A DNA stretch of 64,000 bases from an uncultured Gemmatimonadales bacterium (GCA_963812035.1 CAWETG010000001.1:915594-979593); one strand, 5' to 3'; shown: positions 28,948 to 38,470, counted from the first letter of the stretch. Translations and numbers: made by a program. Notes: a model not told the origin generated them from the sequence alone.

Positions 28948-29850
28948 ATGGCCGGAGAGCTGGTTCCGCGCAAGATCACCCGCGAGCAGCTCGAGCGGAT
29001 CATCCAGCGCGCCGCCGAGCTGCAGGCCGGTGAGATGGACACCGGCGAGGGGATGACCGAGCAGGAGCTGTTGAAGCTCGGATCGGACGTCGGCATTCCG
29101 GGGCGGTTCCTCCGGCAGGCGTTGTACGAGGAAGCGGCCGGTGGGGCGGCGCTGGAGCATGGAGCCGTCAGCCGGTGGGTCGGTCCGAAGATGGTACTGG
29201 CCCACCGGGTCGTCCCGGGTGAGAAGGGCCCGCTGGAGCAAGCGATGGCCGGGTTCATGGCCGAGGAGGAGGCGATGACGCCGAAGCGCCGCCTCCCGGA
29301 CCGCACCGTGTGGGAGCGTCAGAAGGGACTGCTGGCGGAGATGAAGCGCGGGCTCTCGCTGGAGGGGAAGGCGTACCACCTCGCCCGCGCGGTGGACGTC
29401 TCGGTCCAGATCACCGCGCTGGAAGACGGCTACTGCCACGCCGAGCTGGCAGCGGACATCAGCAACCTGCGCGACTCCGCGCTGGCCGGACTCGGCACCC
29501 TGCTCGGCGCCGGCGTGCTGGGGAGCGCCGTGCTCGCGTTCCTCCCCGGCCTGGTCCCGATCGCGTTCGTGCCGGTCCTCGCCGCCGCCGGGCTCGCGGC
29601 CTTCGCGAGCCGCGCCCACCGCCGCAAGGCCGGGCGCATGCAGGTCGCCCTCGAGCAGGTCCTCGACCGCCTCGAGCGGGGCGAGATCCGATCCAGGCCG
29701 CAGCTCGCGGGCCCACGTGCCTCCGCCTTCGTGCGGATCGCGAGCGAGATCAAGAAGTCGGTCGAGGACGTGGCGCAGACGCTGCGGCAACCGCCGGGCC
29801 CGCCACCCTCGAATTCCACCTCCACTTCCGGGAACCCCCACACGCCATGA
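28948..29850 (+). CDS. membrane-anchored hypothetical protein
   Basis: Last 300 aa of track ORF 27124..29850, from ATG 28948. Two adjacent TM helices near residues 190-230. Confidence 0.55.
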   Translation: MAGELVPRKITREQLERIIQRAAELQAGEMDTGEGMTEQELLKLGSDVGIPGRFLRQALYEEAAGGAALEHGAVSRWVGPKMVLAHRVVPGEKGPLEQAMAGFMAEEEAMTPKRRLPDRTVWERQKGLLAEMKRGLSLEGKAYHLARAVDVSVQITALEDGYCHAELAADISNLRDSALAGLGTLLGAGVLGSAVLAFLPGLVPIAFVPVLAAAGLAAFASRAHRRKAGRMQVALEQVLDRLERGEIRSRPQLAGPRASAFVRIASEIKKSVEDVAQTLRQPPGPPPSNSTSTSGNPHTP

Positions 29851-30734
29851 CCGAGATCACCACCGTCGGCGTCCTGGGCTGCGGCCTGATGGGCAGCGGC
29901 ATCGCCCAGACCGCCGCCGCCGCCGGCTTCCCGACCGTCGTGCGCGAAGTGAGCGAGGAGCTCATCGCCAAGGGCAAGGGCGCCATCACCGGCTCCCTGA
30001 ACCGGCTCGTCGAGAAGGGCAAGATCGACGCGGCCGCACGCGACGCGACCTTCGGGCGCTTGCGCTTCACCGCCAAGACCTCGGATCTCAAGGACGCGGA
30101 CATCGTCATCGAGGCCGTCACCGAGGACCTGGAAACCAAGAACGCGCTGTGGAAGGAACTGGACCGGCTGTGCCGGCCGACCACGCTGTTCGCGTCCAAT
30201 ACTTCCAGCCTCACGATCGCGGCGATGGCCGCCGCGACCCAGCGCCCCGACAAATTCGTCGGCCTGCACTTCTTCAATCCGGTGCCCGTGATGAAGCTGG
30301 TGGAGGTGGTGCGCACTGTGACCACCTCGCGCGAGAGCTTCGACCGCGCCTTCGCGTTCGCCCAGCAGCTGGGCAAGGAGCCGATCGCGGCGAAGGACAA
30401 CTCCGGGTTCGTGGTGAACTTGTTGCTGGTGCCCTACCTGCTCGACGCCATCCGCGCCCTGGAGCACGGGGTGGCCAGCGCGCCGGACATCGACAAGGCG
30501 ATGCAGCTCGGCTGCGGCTACCCGATGGGCCCCTTCGTCCTGCTCGACTTCGTGGGGCTCGATACGACCTACAAGATCGCGGAGATCATGTTCGCCGAGT
30601 ACCGCGAGGCGCGCTACGCGCCGCCGCCGCTCCTCAAGCGCATGGTGCTCGCGGGGTACTACGGCAAGAAGGTGGGGAAGGGATTCTACGATTACGGCAC
30701 GACGCCGCCCACTCCATCCAACCTGGGGCTGTGA
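29847..30734 (+). CDS. 3-hydroxybutyryl-CoA (3-hydroxyacyl-CoA) dehydrogenase
   Basis: Last 295 aa of track ORF 29310..30734, from ATG 29847 (ATGA overlap). VGVLGCGLMGSGIAQ, HFFNPVPVMKLVEV, DNSGFVVNLLL. Confidence 0.95.
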   Translation: MTEITTVGVLGCGLMGSGIAQTAAAAGFPTVVREVSEELIAKGKGAITGSLNRLVEKGKIDAAARDATFGRLRFTAKTSDLKDADIVIEAVTEDLETKNALWKELDRLCRPTTLFASNTSSLTIAAMAAATQRPDKFVGLHFFNPVPVMKLVEVVRTVTTSRESFDRAFAFAQQLGKEPIAAKDNSGFVVNLLLVPYLLDAIRALEHGVASAPDIDKAMQLGCGYPMGPFVLLDFVGLDTTYKIAEIMFAEYREARYAPPPLLKRMVLAGYYGKKVGKGFYDYGTTPPTPSNLGL

Positions 30735-30736
30735 CG

Positions 30737-31327
30737 ATGTTCCTCGGCTACGACGCGCCGCGCCTCCACGCGGCCCTGAACGACCTGCCGCCGGCCTTGC
30801 TGCCGCTGTCGGTGGTGTTCGACCTGCTCGGCAATTTCTTCAAGCGCGAGTCGCTCAAAGCCGCGGCGTTCTGGACACTGGTCTTCGGCGTGCTTGGCAC
30901 CGGCGCCGCGATCGCCGCGGGGATGTTCGCCTCGCAAGTGGTCCAGCACAGCGACCAGGCGCACGCGATCATGGAAACGCACGAGACGCTGGCGTTCATC
31001 GTGCTCGGCATCTTCGGCGTGCTCGCCATCTGGCGGATCGTGCGGCGCGGCGTGTGGAGCGAGCGGGAGCAGCCGATCGCGCTTACCGCCGGCGTGATCG
31101 GCATCGCCATCCTGATGTACACCGCGGCCCTGGGCGGAAAGCTGATGTTCGACCACGCCCTTGGTGTCCCGACCGCGCGCCTCGGCGCGATCGCGACCGA
31201 GCGGGCGGGCCACCAGCACGACGAAGCCAACCAGGCGGCTCCCGCCGCCGCGATGCCCATGCCGGCGGCGCCGGACACCGCGAAGGCGGGCGTGGCCAGA
31301 CCCCCTGCCGACACTGCCAAGCGCTGA
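30737..31327 (+). CDS. membrane protein (DUF2231-like)
   Basis: Last 196 aa of track ORF 29717..31327, from ATG 30737. Four TM helices. Confidence 0.55.
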   Translation: MFLGYDAPRLHAALNDLPPALLPLSVVFDLLGNFFKRESLKAAAFWTLVFGVLGTGAAIAAGMFASQVVQHSDQAHAIMETHETLAFIVLGIFGVLAIWRIVRRGVWSEREQPIALTAGVIGIAILMYTAALGGKLMFDHALGVPTARLGAIATERAGHQHDEANQAAPAAAMPMPAAPDTAKAGVARPPADTAKR

Positions 31328-31334
31328 CCGTCGG

Positions 31335-31856
31335 GTGCGCTGCGCCCGCGCCGCGCTCGTTTTCGCCGCGCTCGCCCTCGCCGCGTGCGTGCGGCTGGGC
31401 GGGCTCCGGCCCCTCTATGGCCCGATCCAGGGCAGCATCTCGGCCGACCTGGAGGCGCCGCCCGAAATCGTGATCGGGGCCGCGGCGCGCGAGCTGCAGA
31501 CGGCGGGGCTGAGCATCGCCCTGGCGGATCCGGCCGAAGGCTATCTGGAATCGTCGTGGTACGACGTGGCCAGGAAGACGACCGTGAGCGGACGTGCTCG
31601 CGACCTCGACCAGGTGGTGAAGCTGAGGTTCTTCGCGGACCCCACGGCGGGGAGGACCCGCCTCGCGGCGGAATGCGTGCGGCGCATCGCGGTCGATCCA
31701 AGTGAGCCCGAGCGCGACCTGGAGCGGATGGCACCCGACAGCAGTCCGGGCCGAGTGTTGCTGGACAGCATCGTCAGCCGGCTGAAGGTGGCCTATCCGG
31801 TGTCGGTCGCGCCCCAATCCACCAATGCCCCCGCCTCACCCGCACCAAGACCCTAG
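31335..31856 (+). CDS. putative lipoprotein
   Basis: Tail of track ORF 31161..31856, from GTG 31335. VRCARAALVFAALALAAC lipobox-like signal. Confidence 0.5.
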   Translation: MRCARAALVFAALALAACVRLGGLRPLYGPIQGSISADLEAPPEIVIGAAARELQTAGLSIALADPAEGYLESSWYDVARKTTVSGRARDLDQVVKLRFFADPTAGRTRLAAECVRRIAVDPSEPERDLERMAPDSSPGRVLLDSIVSRLKVAYPVSVAPQSTNAPASPAPRP

Positions 31857-32656
31857 CGCGCCTCGACCAACGTCCTGACCCAGGTTTCGAACTTGGCGAC
31901 GTCCACCGCCGCGTCCTTGCATGGGCCCGAGGGCAGCCGCATCGTGAGGCCGAGAACCGGGATCTTCGCCGCCACGTCGTGAATGCCGCTCACCATGTCG
32001 CGCTCGCACGCGACCGCAACCACCGCCCGGGGGCGCCGCTCCCGGATCGCACGCCGCGCCAACTGCCCGCGCGTCGCCACGAACACCGGCACCTCGTAGC
32101 GCCCTGCCACCTCGAGAATCCCGTCCAGCGCGTCCTTGGCCAGGCAGCGGGGCACCAGCACCAGCAACTCCCCCCTGCCCACCTTCCGCCCACGTCGTGA
32201 CGCGAGGCCGTTGAAGATCTCCACCGCGGCGTGTTCGACCCAGTCGCGCACGCGGAACCGCCGGGCTACCTGGGAAGTGCACCGCATCAAGGGCAGGAAC
32301 GGCCCGCGCTCCGCCAGCCGCTCCGGCAGCAGGAGCACCGGCCCGTAGAACGACGCGAGCAGCAGGCCGAACCACCACCAGGCGAGCAGGGTGAGGCCGG
32401 AAACGGTGAGGATCACGATCCGCGGCAACGGCGCCCACAGCACGCCGAGCCGGGGGTCGAGCAGGTAGGCCACGGCATACGCCGCCGCGGCCACGCCGGC
32501 GAGCGTCAGGGCGGCATAGCGGAAGAACTTCCCGGGCGGGCTCGCGAAGCTGCCGCCACCGGGGAGGGCCTCACCGTCCCACTCGTCCCACTCGTGACCA
32601 AGGCGGCGGTCCACCTCGATCCGGATGAGGTTGGCGCGTGTTCCGGTAATGGGCAT
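31853..32656 (-). CDS. DUF116-like membrane protein
   Basis: 267 aa. TM helices, then ..VPRCLAKD..VAVACERDMVSGI..PSGPCKD.. Cys-containing C-terminal domain. Confidence 0.6.
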   Translation of the reverse strand: MPITGTRANLIRIEVDRRLGHEWDEWDGEALPGGGSFASPPGKFFRYAALTLAGVAAAAYAVAYLLDPRLGVLWAPLPRIVILTVSGLTLLAWWWFGLLLASFYGPVLLLPERLAERGPFLPLMRCTSQVARRFRVRDWVEHAAVEIFNGLASRRGRKVGRGELLVLVPRCLAKDALDGILEVAGRYEVPVFVATRGQLARRAIRERRPRAVVAVACERDMVSGIHDVAAKIPVLGLTMRLPSGPCKDAAVDVAKFETWVRTLVEAR

Positions 32657-32723
32657 GAAAGCGCGAGTATCACCGCCCCGGAAGTGCTTGTCAAGCTTGA
32701 GGCTCGGCCGTTAGCTTGCCCGC

Positions 32724-34337
32724 GTGCACGCCCCCCCAGGCCTCCGCGGCGAGTTCCGGACCGACGACGTCGCGCGAGCGCTGTATGCGGAAGGAGCCGG
32801 CATTCTCCGCATCATCCCCCAGGCGGTGGCCGTGCCGGCGGGCGTGGACGACCTGGCGTTGCTGGTGCGGTGGGCCGCGGGTGAGCGGCTGCCGCTGGTG
32901 CCGCGCGGCGCCGGGAGCGGGATGCCCGGCGGCAATGTCGGCGCCGGCATCGTCGTCGACCTCTCCCAGGCGTTCCGCGACGCACCCGTGATCGATCCGG
33001 CCGCCGGCACGGCGCGGTGCGGTGCGTCCGTCACCTACCAGTCGCTCAACGGCGCTGCGGCCGGCTTCGGGTTGCACCTGCCACCCGATCCCTCAAGCGG
33101 CGCCTTCTGCACGCTGGGAGGGATGGTCGCCACCAACGCCGCCGGAGCCCACAGCGTCAAGTACGGAGCCATGCGGCGCTGGGTACGCGGGCTCGAGTTC
33201 GTCACGGCGGACGGAGAAGCGGGACGCACGGACGCACAGACGCACGGACGCACGGGGGCGGAAGAGCGGTTCCTGCGCGACGTGGCACCCACGATTCGCG
33301 AGCACGCCGCCGCGCTGGCAGCCGCGGTGCCCCACACCACCAAGAACTCCGCCGGCTACGCGCTCGACGCGTATGCTGCGAGCAGCTGCACCACGGATCT
33401 CCTGACGGGCAGCGAGGGAACGCTGGTCTTCTTTACGGCCGTCGAGGTCGCTCTCGCGCCGCTGCCGGATGACCGGTCGACCGTGCTCATGACGCTGCGC
33501 TCCCTGGACGATGTCGGGCCTGCGGTGCTCGCCCTGAGGCCGTTCGGCCCATCGGCCGTCGAGTTACTGGACCGCACGTATATCGACTTCGTGCGCGGCG
33601 CCGTGCAGCGCCACATTCCCGCCGGCACGGAAGCGGTGCTGCTGGTCGAGTTCGAGGGGGACGGCCGCGGCGCGCTCGCTGCCGTCCGCGGCCTGGCCGA
33701 GACGACCGAGTTGGCCGATGACCAGACGTCGGTGAGCCGGTTGTGGGAGTTGCGCCATCTGGCGAGCCCGATTCTCGCGTCGCTGCCCAACAACCTGCGC
33801 TCGCTGCAACTGGTCGAGGACGGCTGCGTGCCCGTTCCCGTGCTCGGCCGCTACATCCGGGCGCTCCGCGAAGCCGCGGCCGCGCACGGGTTCGACATCG
33901 TGATCTTCGGCCACGCGGGAGACGGCCACCTCCACGCCAACCTCCTGGCCGACGTCTCCGCGCCCGGCTTCGCCGCAAGGCTCTCCTCCTGCCTCGAGGC
34001 GGTGACCGGAGTGCAGCTCTCGCTGGGCGGGACACCGTCGGGCGAGCACGGTGACGGGCGGCTGCGGGCTCCGTTCCTCGCCTCGACTTTCGGTGAGGGC
34101 TTCGCCGACCTGTGCCGGCGTACCAAGGAAGCGTGGGATCCCGCGGGCATCGTCAACCCCGGCGTGAAGCTCGCGGCGCCCGGGGCGGCGCTCGACGCGG
34201 CCACGCTGAAGGTCGGCGCGCGCGCGCCGGCGCTCCCCGGCGACATCGCCGCGCGGCTCCGGGAAGTGGAGCGGTCGGCCGGTTGGGGCCTCTTCAAGCT
34301 CTCTCTCGCGCCGGCGCCGACAGCGGCGTCACAGTGA
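32724..34337 (+). CDS. FAD-linked oxidase (GlcD/D-lactate dehydrogenase-like, PCMH FAD-binding)
   Basis: 537 aa. PRGAGSGMPGGNVG, GGMVATNAAGAHSVKYG, GSEGTL, FGHAGDGHLHANL. Confidence 0.85.
   Translation: MHAPPGLRGEFRTDDVARALYAEGAGILRIIPQAVAVPAGVDDLALLVRWAAGERLPLVPRGAGSGMPGGNVGAGIVVDLSQAFRDAPVIDPAAGTARCGASVTYQSLNGAAAGFGLHLPPDPSSGAFCTLGGMVATNAAGAHSVKYGAMRRWVRGLEFVTADGEAGRTDAQTHGRTGAEERFLRDVAPTIREHAAALAAAVPHTTKNSAGYALDAYAASSCTTDLLTGSEGTLVFFTAVEVALAPLPDDRSTVLMTLRSLDDVGPAVLALRPFGPSAVELLDRTYIDFVRGAVQRHIPAGTEAVLLVEFEGDGRGALAAVRGLAETTELADDQTSVSRLWELRHLASPILASLPNNLRSLQLVEDGCVPVPVLGRYIRALREAAAAHGFDIVIFGHAGDGHLHANLLADVSAPGFAARLSSCLEAVTGVQLSLGGTPSGEHGDGRLRAPFLASTFGEGFADLCRRTKEAWDPAGIVNPGVKLAAPGAALDAATLKVGARAPALPGDIAARLREVERSAGWGLFKLSLAPAPTAASQ
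33223..33259 (+). repeat. second copy of the 8-nt repeat core, inside the FAD-oxidase CDS
   Basis: gacgcacggacgcacagacgcacggacgcacgggggc, 36/37 identical to 20614-20650. Encodes ..GRTDAQTHGRTGA.. Confidence 0.9.
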
Positions 34338-34375
34338 TCACCTCATCACGTCATCACTTCATCACCTTCATCACC
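34334..34375 (+). repeat. tandem (T)TCATCAC(N) repeat, 4 units plus 1 degenerate, directly upstream of thyX
   Basis: gtgatcacc tcatcacg tcatcact tcatcacc ttcatcacc. Starts at the FAD-oxidase stop and ends 9 nt before the thyX ATG. Confidence 0.85.
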
Positions 34376-34383
34376 TCCCCGTC

Positions 34384-35136
34384 ATGGACATAATCCGAGC
34401 GCCCCGAATTACGTTGCTGGCCCGCCCACAATTCCTCGAGCCCGCGCACCTTCGGGTGGAGTGGCGGGGCGACGCCACCGACGGCGAGCGGCTGGCCGAG
34501 TTCGCCGGCCGCCTCTGCTACATGAGCCAGGCCAACCCTGCCAAGCGCACCACCGCCGAGTACCTCGACAACATCAAGCAGCAGGGCCACGGGTCGGTAC
34601 TCGAGCACGCGGTCTATGTGCTGCTGCTCGAGGGGCTCTCGCGCTCGTGCTCGCACGAGCTGGTGCGCCACCGCGCCGGCTTCGGCTACAGCCAGCTCAG
34701 CCAGCGCTACGTGGACGAGTCGCACGCGGCGTTCGTGGTGCCGCCCGCGATGCTGGGGGACGAGCCGCTCGAGGCAGCCTGGCTGGCGCAGGTCACCGCG
34801 GCGCAGGCGGCATACGTGCAGGCAGTGGAAGCCCTGATGCGGCGCTACGAGTGGGTGGCGGACAAGGTCCACCGCCGGAAGATGGCGCGCGAGGCGGCCC
34901 GGTCGCTGCTGCCCAACGCGACCGAAACCAAGATCGTGGTGAGCGCCAACGTGCGTGCCTGGCGGACGATGCTGGAGATGCGGTGCGGCGAGGGAGCCGA
35001 ACAGGAGATCCGGCGCATGGCCTTGGCGGTGCTGCGTGTACTGACTGCGGAGGCGCCGTTGCTCTTCTCCGACTTCGCGATCTATACGGCGGAAGACGGC
35101 GCCGAGGCGGCGCGGGTCACGTACCACAAGGTGTGA
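34384..35136 (+). CDS. thyX: FAD-dependent thymidylate synthase
   Basis: 250 aa. ThyX motif ELVRHRAGFGYSQLSQRY (RHR..S.RY). Confidence 0.95.
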   Translation: MDIIRAPRITLLARPQFLEPAHLRVEWRGDATDGERLAEFAGRLCYMSQANPAKRTTAEYLDNIKQQGHGSVLEHAVYVLLLEGLSRSCSHELVRHRAGFGYSQLSQRYVDESHAAFVVPPAMLGDEPLEAAWLAQVTAAQAAYVQAVEALMRRYEWVADKVHRRKMAREAARSLLPNATETKIVVSANVRAWRTMLEMRCGEGAEQEIRRMALAVLRVLTAEAPLLFSDFAIYTAEDGAEAARVTYHKV

Positions 35137-35223
35137 GCCCGCGGCCCGCGCTCCCTGGGCTGTCCGCTGCCGAATGGGCCCACGGCGGCTTGGGGCACCC
35201 CCGCCGGCAGCACACTGCAAACG

Positions 35224-35252
35224 TTGATATCTGATCGTAAGCGGCTTATGAT
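35224..35252 (+). promoter_or_regulatory. near-consensus sigma70 promoter, probably giving a leaderless mRNA
   Basis: TTGATA-17 nt-TATGAT. The -10 element ends 6 nt before ATG 35259. Local AT-rich patch. Confidence 0.55.
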
Positions 35253-35258
35253 GTATCC

Positions 35259-35522
35259 ATGAATGGAATTAGGCGTTACCTCGCCACGATCGGATCCAGG
35301 GGCGGCCGCAAGAGTCGCCGCGCGCTCGACACCGAGAGCGCTCGTGCCATGGTACGCGTGCGGGAGGCCCGTCGCGCGTTCCGGCGCTTTCGCGTTACCT
35401 GTTTCTGGTCATACCGGCCTGATCTGGTGATCACCGCGCACGACATCCCATGGGTGGCGGAGCAGCTCATGAGGCACGGTAACCGCGAGGCGTGGCGCAT
35501 CGGGGCGAAGCTGTGCCGCTGA
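35259..35522 (+). CDS. small basic protein, putative partner/antitoxin of the AbiEii-like gene
   Basis: 87 aa. IGSRGGRKSRRALDTESARAMVRVREARRA.. No family recognised. Overlaps the next gene by 10 nt. Confidence 0.5.
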   Translation: MNGIRRYLATIGSRGGRKSRRALDTESARAMVRVREARRAFRRFRVTCFWSYRPDLVITAHDIPWVAEQLMRHGNREAWRIGAKLCR

Positions 35523-36337
35523 CCGAGTTTCAGCGCGCCCTGCTCGCCGAGCTGGCGGCCGAGCCGACCGAGGACCGCTACCTCGCCGGCGGGGCCGCCA
35601 TGCACTTCGCGCCCAACTCCGCGCGGACCAGTGACGATCTCGATTTCTTCCACGATTCCGAGGGGCGCGTGGCGGCCGCGTTCGCGGCGGATCGTGCGCG
35701 GCTCGAGCACGCGGGGTACGCAGTCGCCGTCGAGCTGAGCCTGCCCGGATTCGTGCGTGCCGAGGTGCGTCGCGGCACCGGAGCCACGCGCGTGGATTGG
35801 GCGCACGATTCGGCGTGGCGATTCATGCCCCTGGTGCGGGACCCGCTCGGCGGCCTCCTCCTGCACCCCGTGGATCTCGCGGTGAACAAGGTGCTGGCCG
35901 TGGCGGGACGTGACGAGCCGCGCGACTTCGTGGACATTCTGTTCGTGCATCGCCGCGTCCTGCCGCTCGCTGCCCTCTGCTGGGCCGCGGTCGGAAAGGA
36001 CCCGGGGTTCACCCCCCTGTCACTGCTGGAGTTGCTCGGGCGGCGTGGCCGGTACCGGCCGGAGGACTTTGCGCGCCTCGACCTCGCCGAGCCCTTCGAC
36101 CTGATCGCTGCAAAGAACGCGTGGCTCGAAGCGCTCGCCGCGGCCGAATCGTTCGCGCGGGCACGACCACCCGACGAGATCGGGTGTCTGTATTACGCGA
36201 CGGGCAAGAGTGCCTTCGTCGTGCCGGGCACCCACGTCCCGCTTGGGGATCAGGGCATCGTAACGCACTTCGGCGCCCCGTACGGAGTGCTGCCGAGGAT
36301 GGCCGGCGCTCGCGTGGAGGGACTCGGCCCGTCGTAG
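35513..36337 (+). CDS. nucleotidyltransferase AbiEii/AbiGii toxin family (DUF1814-like)
   Basis: Track ORF 35492..36337; likely GTG 35513 (VPLTEFQRALL). YLAGGAAMHF..RTSDDLDFFHD (NTase G..S.D.D motif), GRDEPRDFVDILF. Confidence 0.75.
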   Translation: MPLTEFQRALLAELAAEPTEDRYLAGGAAMHFAPNSARTSDDLDFFHDSEGRVAAAFAADRARLEHAGYAVAVELSLPGFVRAEVRRGTGATRVDWAHDSAWRFMPLVRDPLGGLLLHPVDLAVNKVLAVAGRDEPRDFVDILFVHRRVLPLAALCWAAVGKDPGFTPLSLLELLGRRGRYRPEDFARLDLAEPFDLIAAKNAWLEALAAAESFARARPPDEIGCLYYATGKSAFVVPGTHVPLGDQGIVTHFGAPYGVLPRMAGARVEGLGPS

Positions 36338-36361
36338 GCAGCTCCGCCGCTCGCGCGTCGG

Positions 36362-38470
36362 TCAGCTCTCTTCTTCCTTCTCCTTCTTTTCCTTCTGGTG
36401 CTCCTCGATCACCTTCGCGGCGGCCTCGGGAGGCATTTCGGCGTAGCCCCTGAACTTGCGGCGGTAGGTCCCGCGGCCCTGGGTGAGCGAGTGGAGCTGG
36501 GTGGCGTACTTGTAGAGTTCCGCCTCCGGCACCACCGCTTTGAGCTTGAGGGTCGAGCCCTCCGGCTCCGAGCCCAGGATCTGGCCGCGCCGCGAGCTGA
36601 GGTCGCCCATCACCGCGCCCAGGTACTCCTCCGGCGTCATCACCTCGAGGTCCACCAGCGGCTCCAGCAGCACCGGCTTGCAGTTGGGCGACACGTTCCG
36701 GAACGCGAGGATGCCGGCCAGCTTGAACGACATCTCGTTCGAGTCCACGGTGTGGTATGAGCCGTCGAACAGCTCGACCTTGAAGTCCACCACCGGGCAG
36801 CCGGCCAGGATGCCGCGCACCGCGGCCTCCTGAATGCCGCGGTCGACCGCGGGGATGTACTTGCTGGGAATGGAGCCGCCCACGATGCCATCTTCGAATA
36901 CGTAGCCCGCGCCGCGCGGCAGCGGCGCCATCCGGATCCAGCAGTCCCCGAACTGCCCCCGCCCGCCCGTCTGCTTCTTGTGCCGCCCCTGCCCCTCGCC
37001 CTTCCCCTTGATCGTCTCCCGATACGGGATCCGCGGCTTGGCCTGCGTGGCGTGCACGCCGAACTTCCGGGCCAGCCGGCCCAGGACGACCTCGAGGTGC
37101 CGCTCGCCCAGACCGTAGATCCAGGTCTGCCGCACGTCGGCGTTGAACTCCCAGTGAAACGTGGGATCTTCTTCGGTGATCTTCGCCAGCCCGATGTTGA
37201 TCTTGTCCTCGTCGCCCCGCTCCTTGGCCTCGATGGCGACGTGGATGATCGGCTCGGGGAACGGAATCCGCGGCAGCACCACCTGCACCGCCTGGGTGCA
37301 CAGCGTGTCGTTGGTGTGCGTGTCCCGCAGCTTCGCGATGACGCCGATGTCCCCCGCGTGGAGGACGTCCACCTCGAGCTTGTCCTTCCCCTGCGCCACC
37401 GAGAGGTGGTTCAGCTTCTCGGGCGCGCTGCGCGCCGCGTTGTAAACCTCCTGCCCGTTCTTGACCGCCCCGGCGTAGATCCGGAACAGCGACACGTCGC
37501 CGACGTGCGGCTCCGAGACCGTCTTGAAGACCAGCGCGCTGAACGGCGCGTCGTCCCGCTCGGCGATCTCCACCTTCTCCGCGCTGCCCCACTTCTCCGC
37601 CATCACCGGCGGGTTGTCGGCGGGCGGCGGCACCAGCTCGACGATCTCGGAGAGCAGCGCGCGCGTGCCGTAGGTCAGCTCCGCCGCGCCGCACAGCACG
37701 GGGAACAGCTCCCGGCGCTTCATCGCGGCGCGCATCGCCGTCACCAGCTCCTCGTGCGAGATCTCCTTGCCCTCGAGGTAGCGCTCCACCAGCGAGTCGT
37801 CCGTCGAGGCCACCGTCTCGATCAGATCGCCCTCGTACTTCTCGTACTCCGCCTGCAGCTCCTTCGGGATCGGCTGCTCGTCGTACTCGCCGGTCTTGGT
37901 GCCCGGCTTGTAGATGAGCGCCGTCTTGCTGATCAGGTTGATGATGCCGCGGTGGGCCGGCCCCGCGCCGATGGGAATCTCGATCGGGATCGCCTTGGGC
38001 GTCAGGCGCTCGCGGATCTGGGCGTACACCTTGCCGAAGTCCGCGTGCTCCTTGTCCATCATCGACACGAAGAAGATCGCTTCGTGCTCGCAGGTGCGAG
38101 AGTACTCCCACACCTTTTCCGTCCCCGTCTCGACGCCCGCCGAGGCCCCCAGCACGATCAGCGACGCGTCGGCCGCGTACACGCCCGCGAGCGCGTCGCC
38201 GGCAAAATCGAGGTAGCCGGGCGTGTCCACGAGGTTGATCTTCACGCCTTCCCACTCGGCGTGGGCCAGGGCGAGGCTGATGCTGTAGCCGCGTTCGATC
38301 TCGTCGGGGGAGTAGTCGGTGAGGGCGGAGCCTTCCTTGATGCGGCCGTGCCGCTTGCTGCTTCCGGCCACGAAGGCGAGGGCGTCAACCAGGCTGGTCT
38401 TGCCGCTGCCTCCGTGGCCGACTACGGCCACATTCCTGATATGTGTGCTCGGATATTCCTTCATGGCCAA
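36362..38470 (-). CDS. fusA: elongation factor G family GTPase (EF-G paralog, not in an str operon context)
   Basis: 702 aa. NVAVVGHGGSGKTSL, DTPGYLDF, domain IV/V sequences. No rpsL/rpsG/tuf neighbours. Confidence 0.9.
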   Translation of the reverse strand: MAMKEYPSTHIRNVAVVGHGGSGKTSLVDALAFVAGSSKRHGRIKEGSALTDYSPDEIERGYSISLALAHAEWEGVKINLVDTPGYLDFAGDALAGVYAADASLIVLGASAGVETGTEKVWEYSRTCEHEAIFFVSMMDKEHADFGKVYAQIRERLTPKAIPIEIPIGAGPAHRGIINLISKTALIYKPGTKTGEYDEQPIPKELQAEYEKYEGDLIETVASTDDSLVERYLEGKEISHEELVTAMRAAMKRRELFPVLCGAAELTYGTRALLSEIVELVPPPADNPPVMAEKWGSAEKVEIAERDDAPFSALVFKTVSEPHVGDVSLFRIYAGAVKNGQEVYNAARSAPEKLNHLSVAQGKDKLEVDVLHAGDIGVIAKLRDTHTNDTLCTQAVQVVLPRIPFPEPIIHVAIEAKERGDEDKINIGLAKITEEDPTFHWEFNADVRQTWIYGLGERHLEVVLGRLARKFGVHATQAKPRIPYRETIKGKGEGQGRHKKQTGGRGQFGDCWIRMAPLPRGAGYVFEDGIVGGSIPSKYIPAVDRGIQEAAVRGILAGCPVVDFKVELFDGSYHTVDSNEMSFKLAGILAFRNVSPNCKPVLLEPLVDLEVMTPEEYLGAVMGDLSSRRGQILGSEPEGSTLKLKAVVPEAELYKYATQLHSLTQGRGTYRRKFRGYAEMPPEAAAKVIEEHQKEKKEKEEES

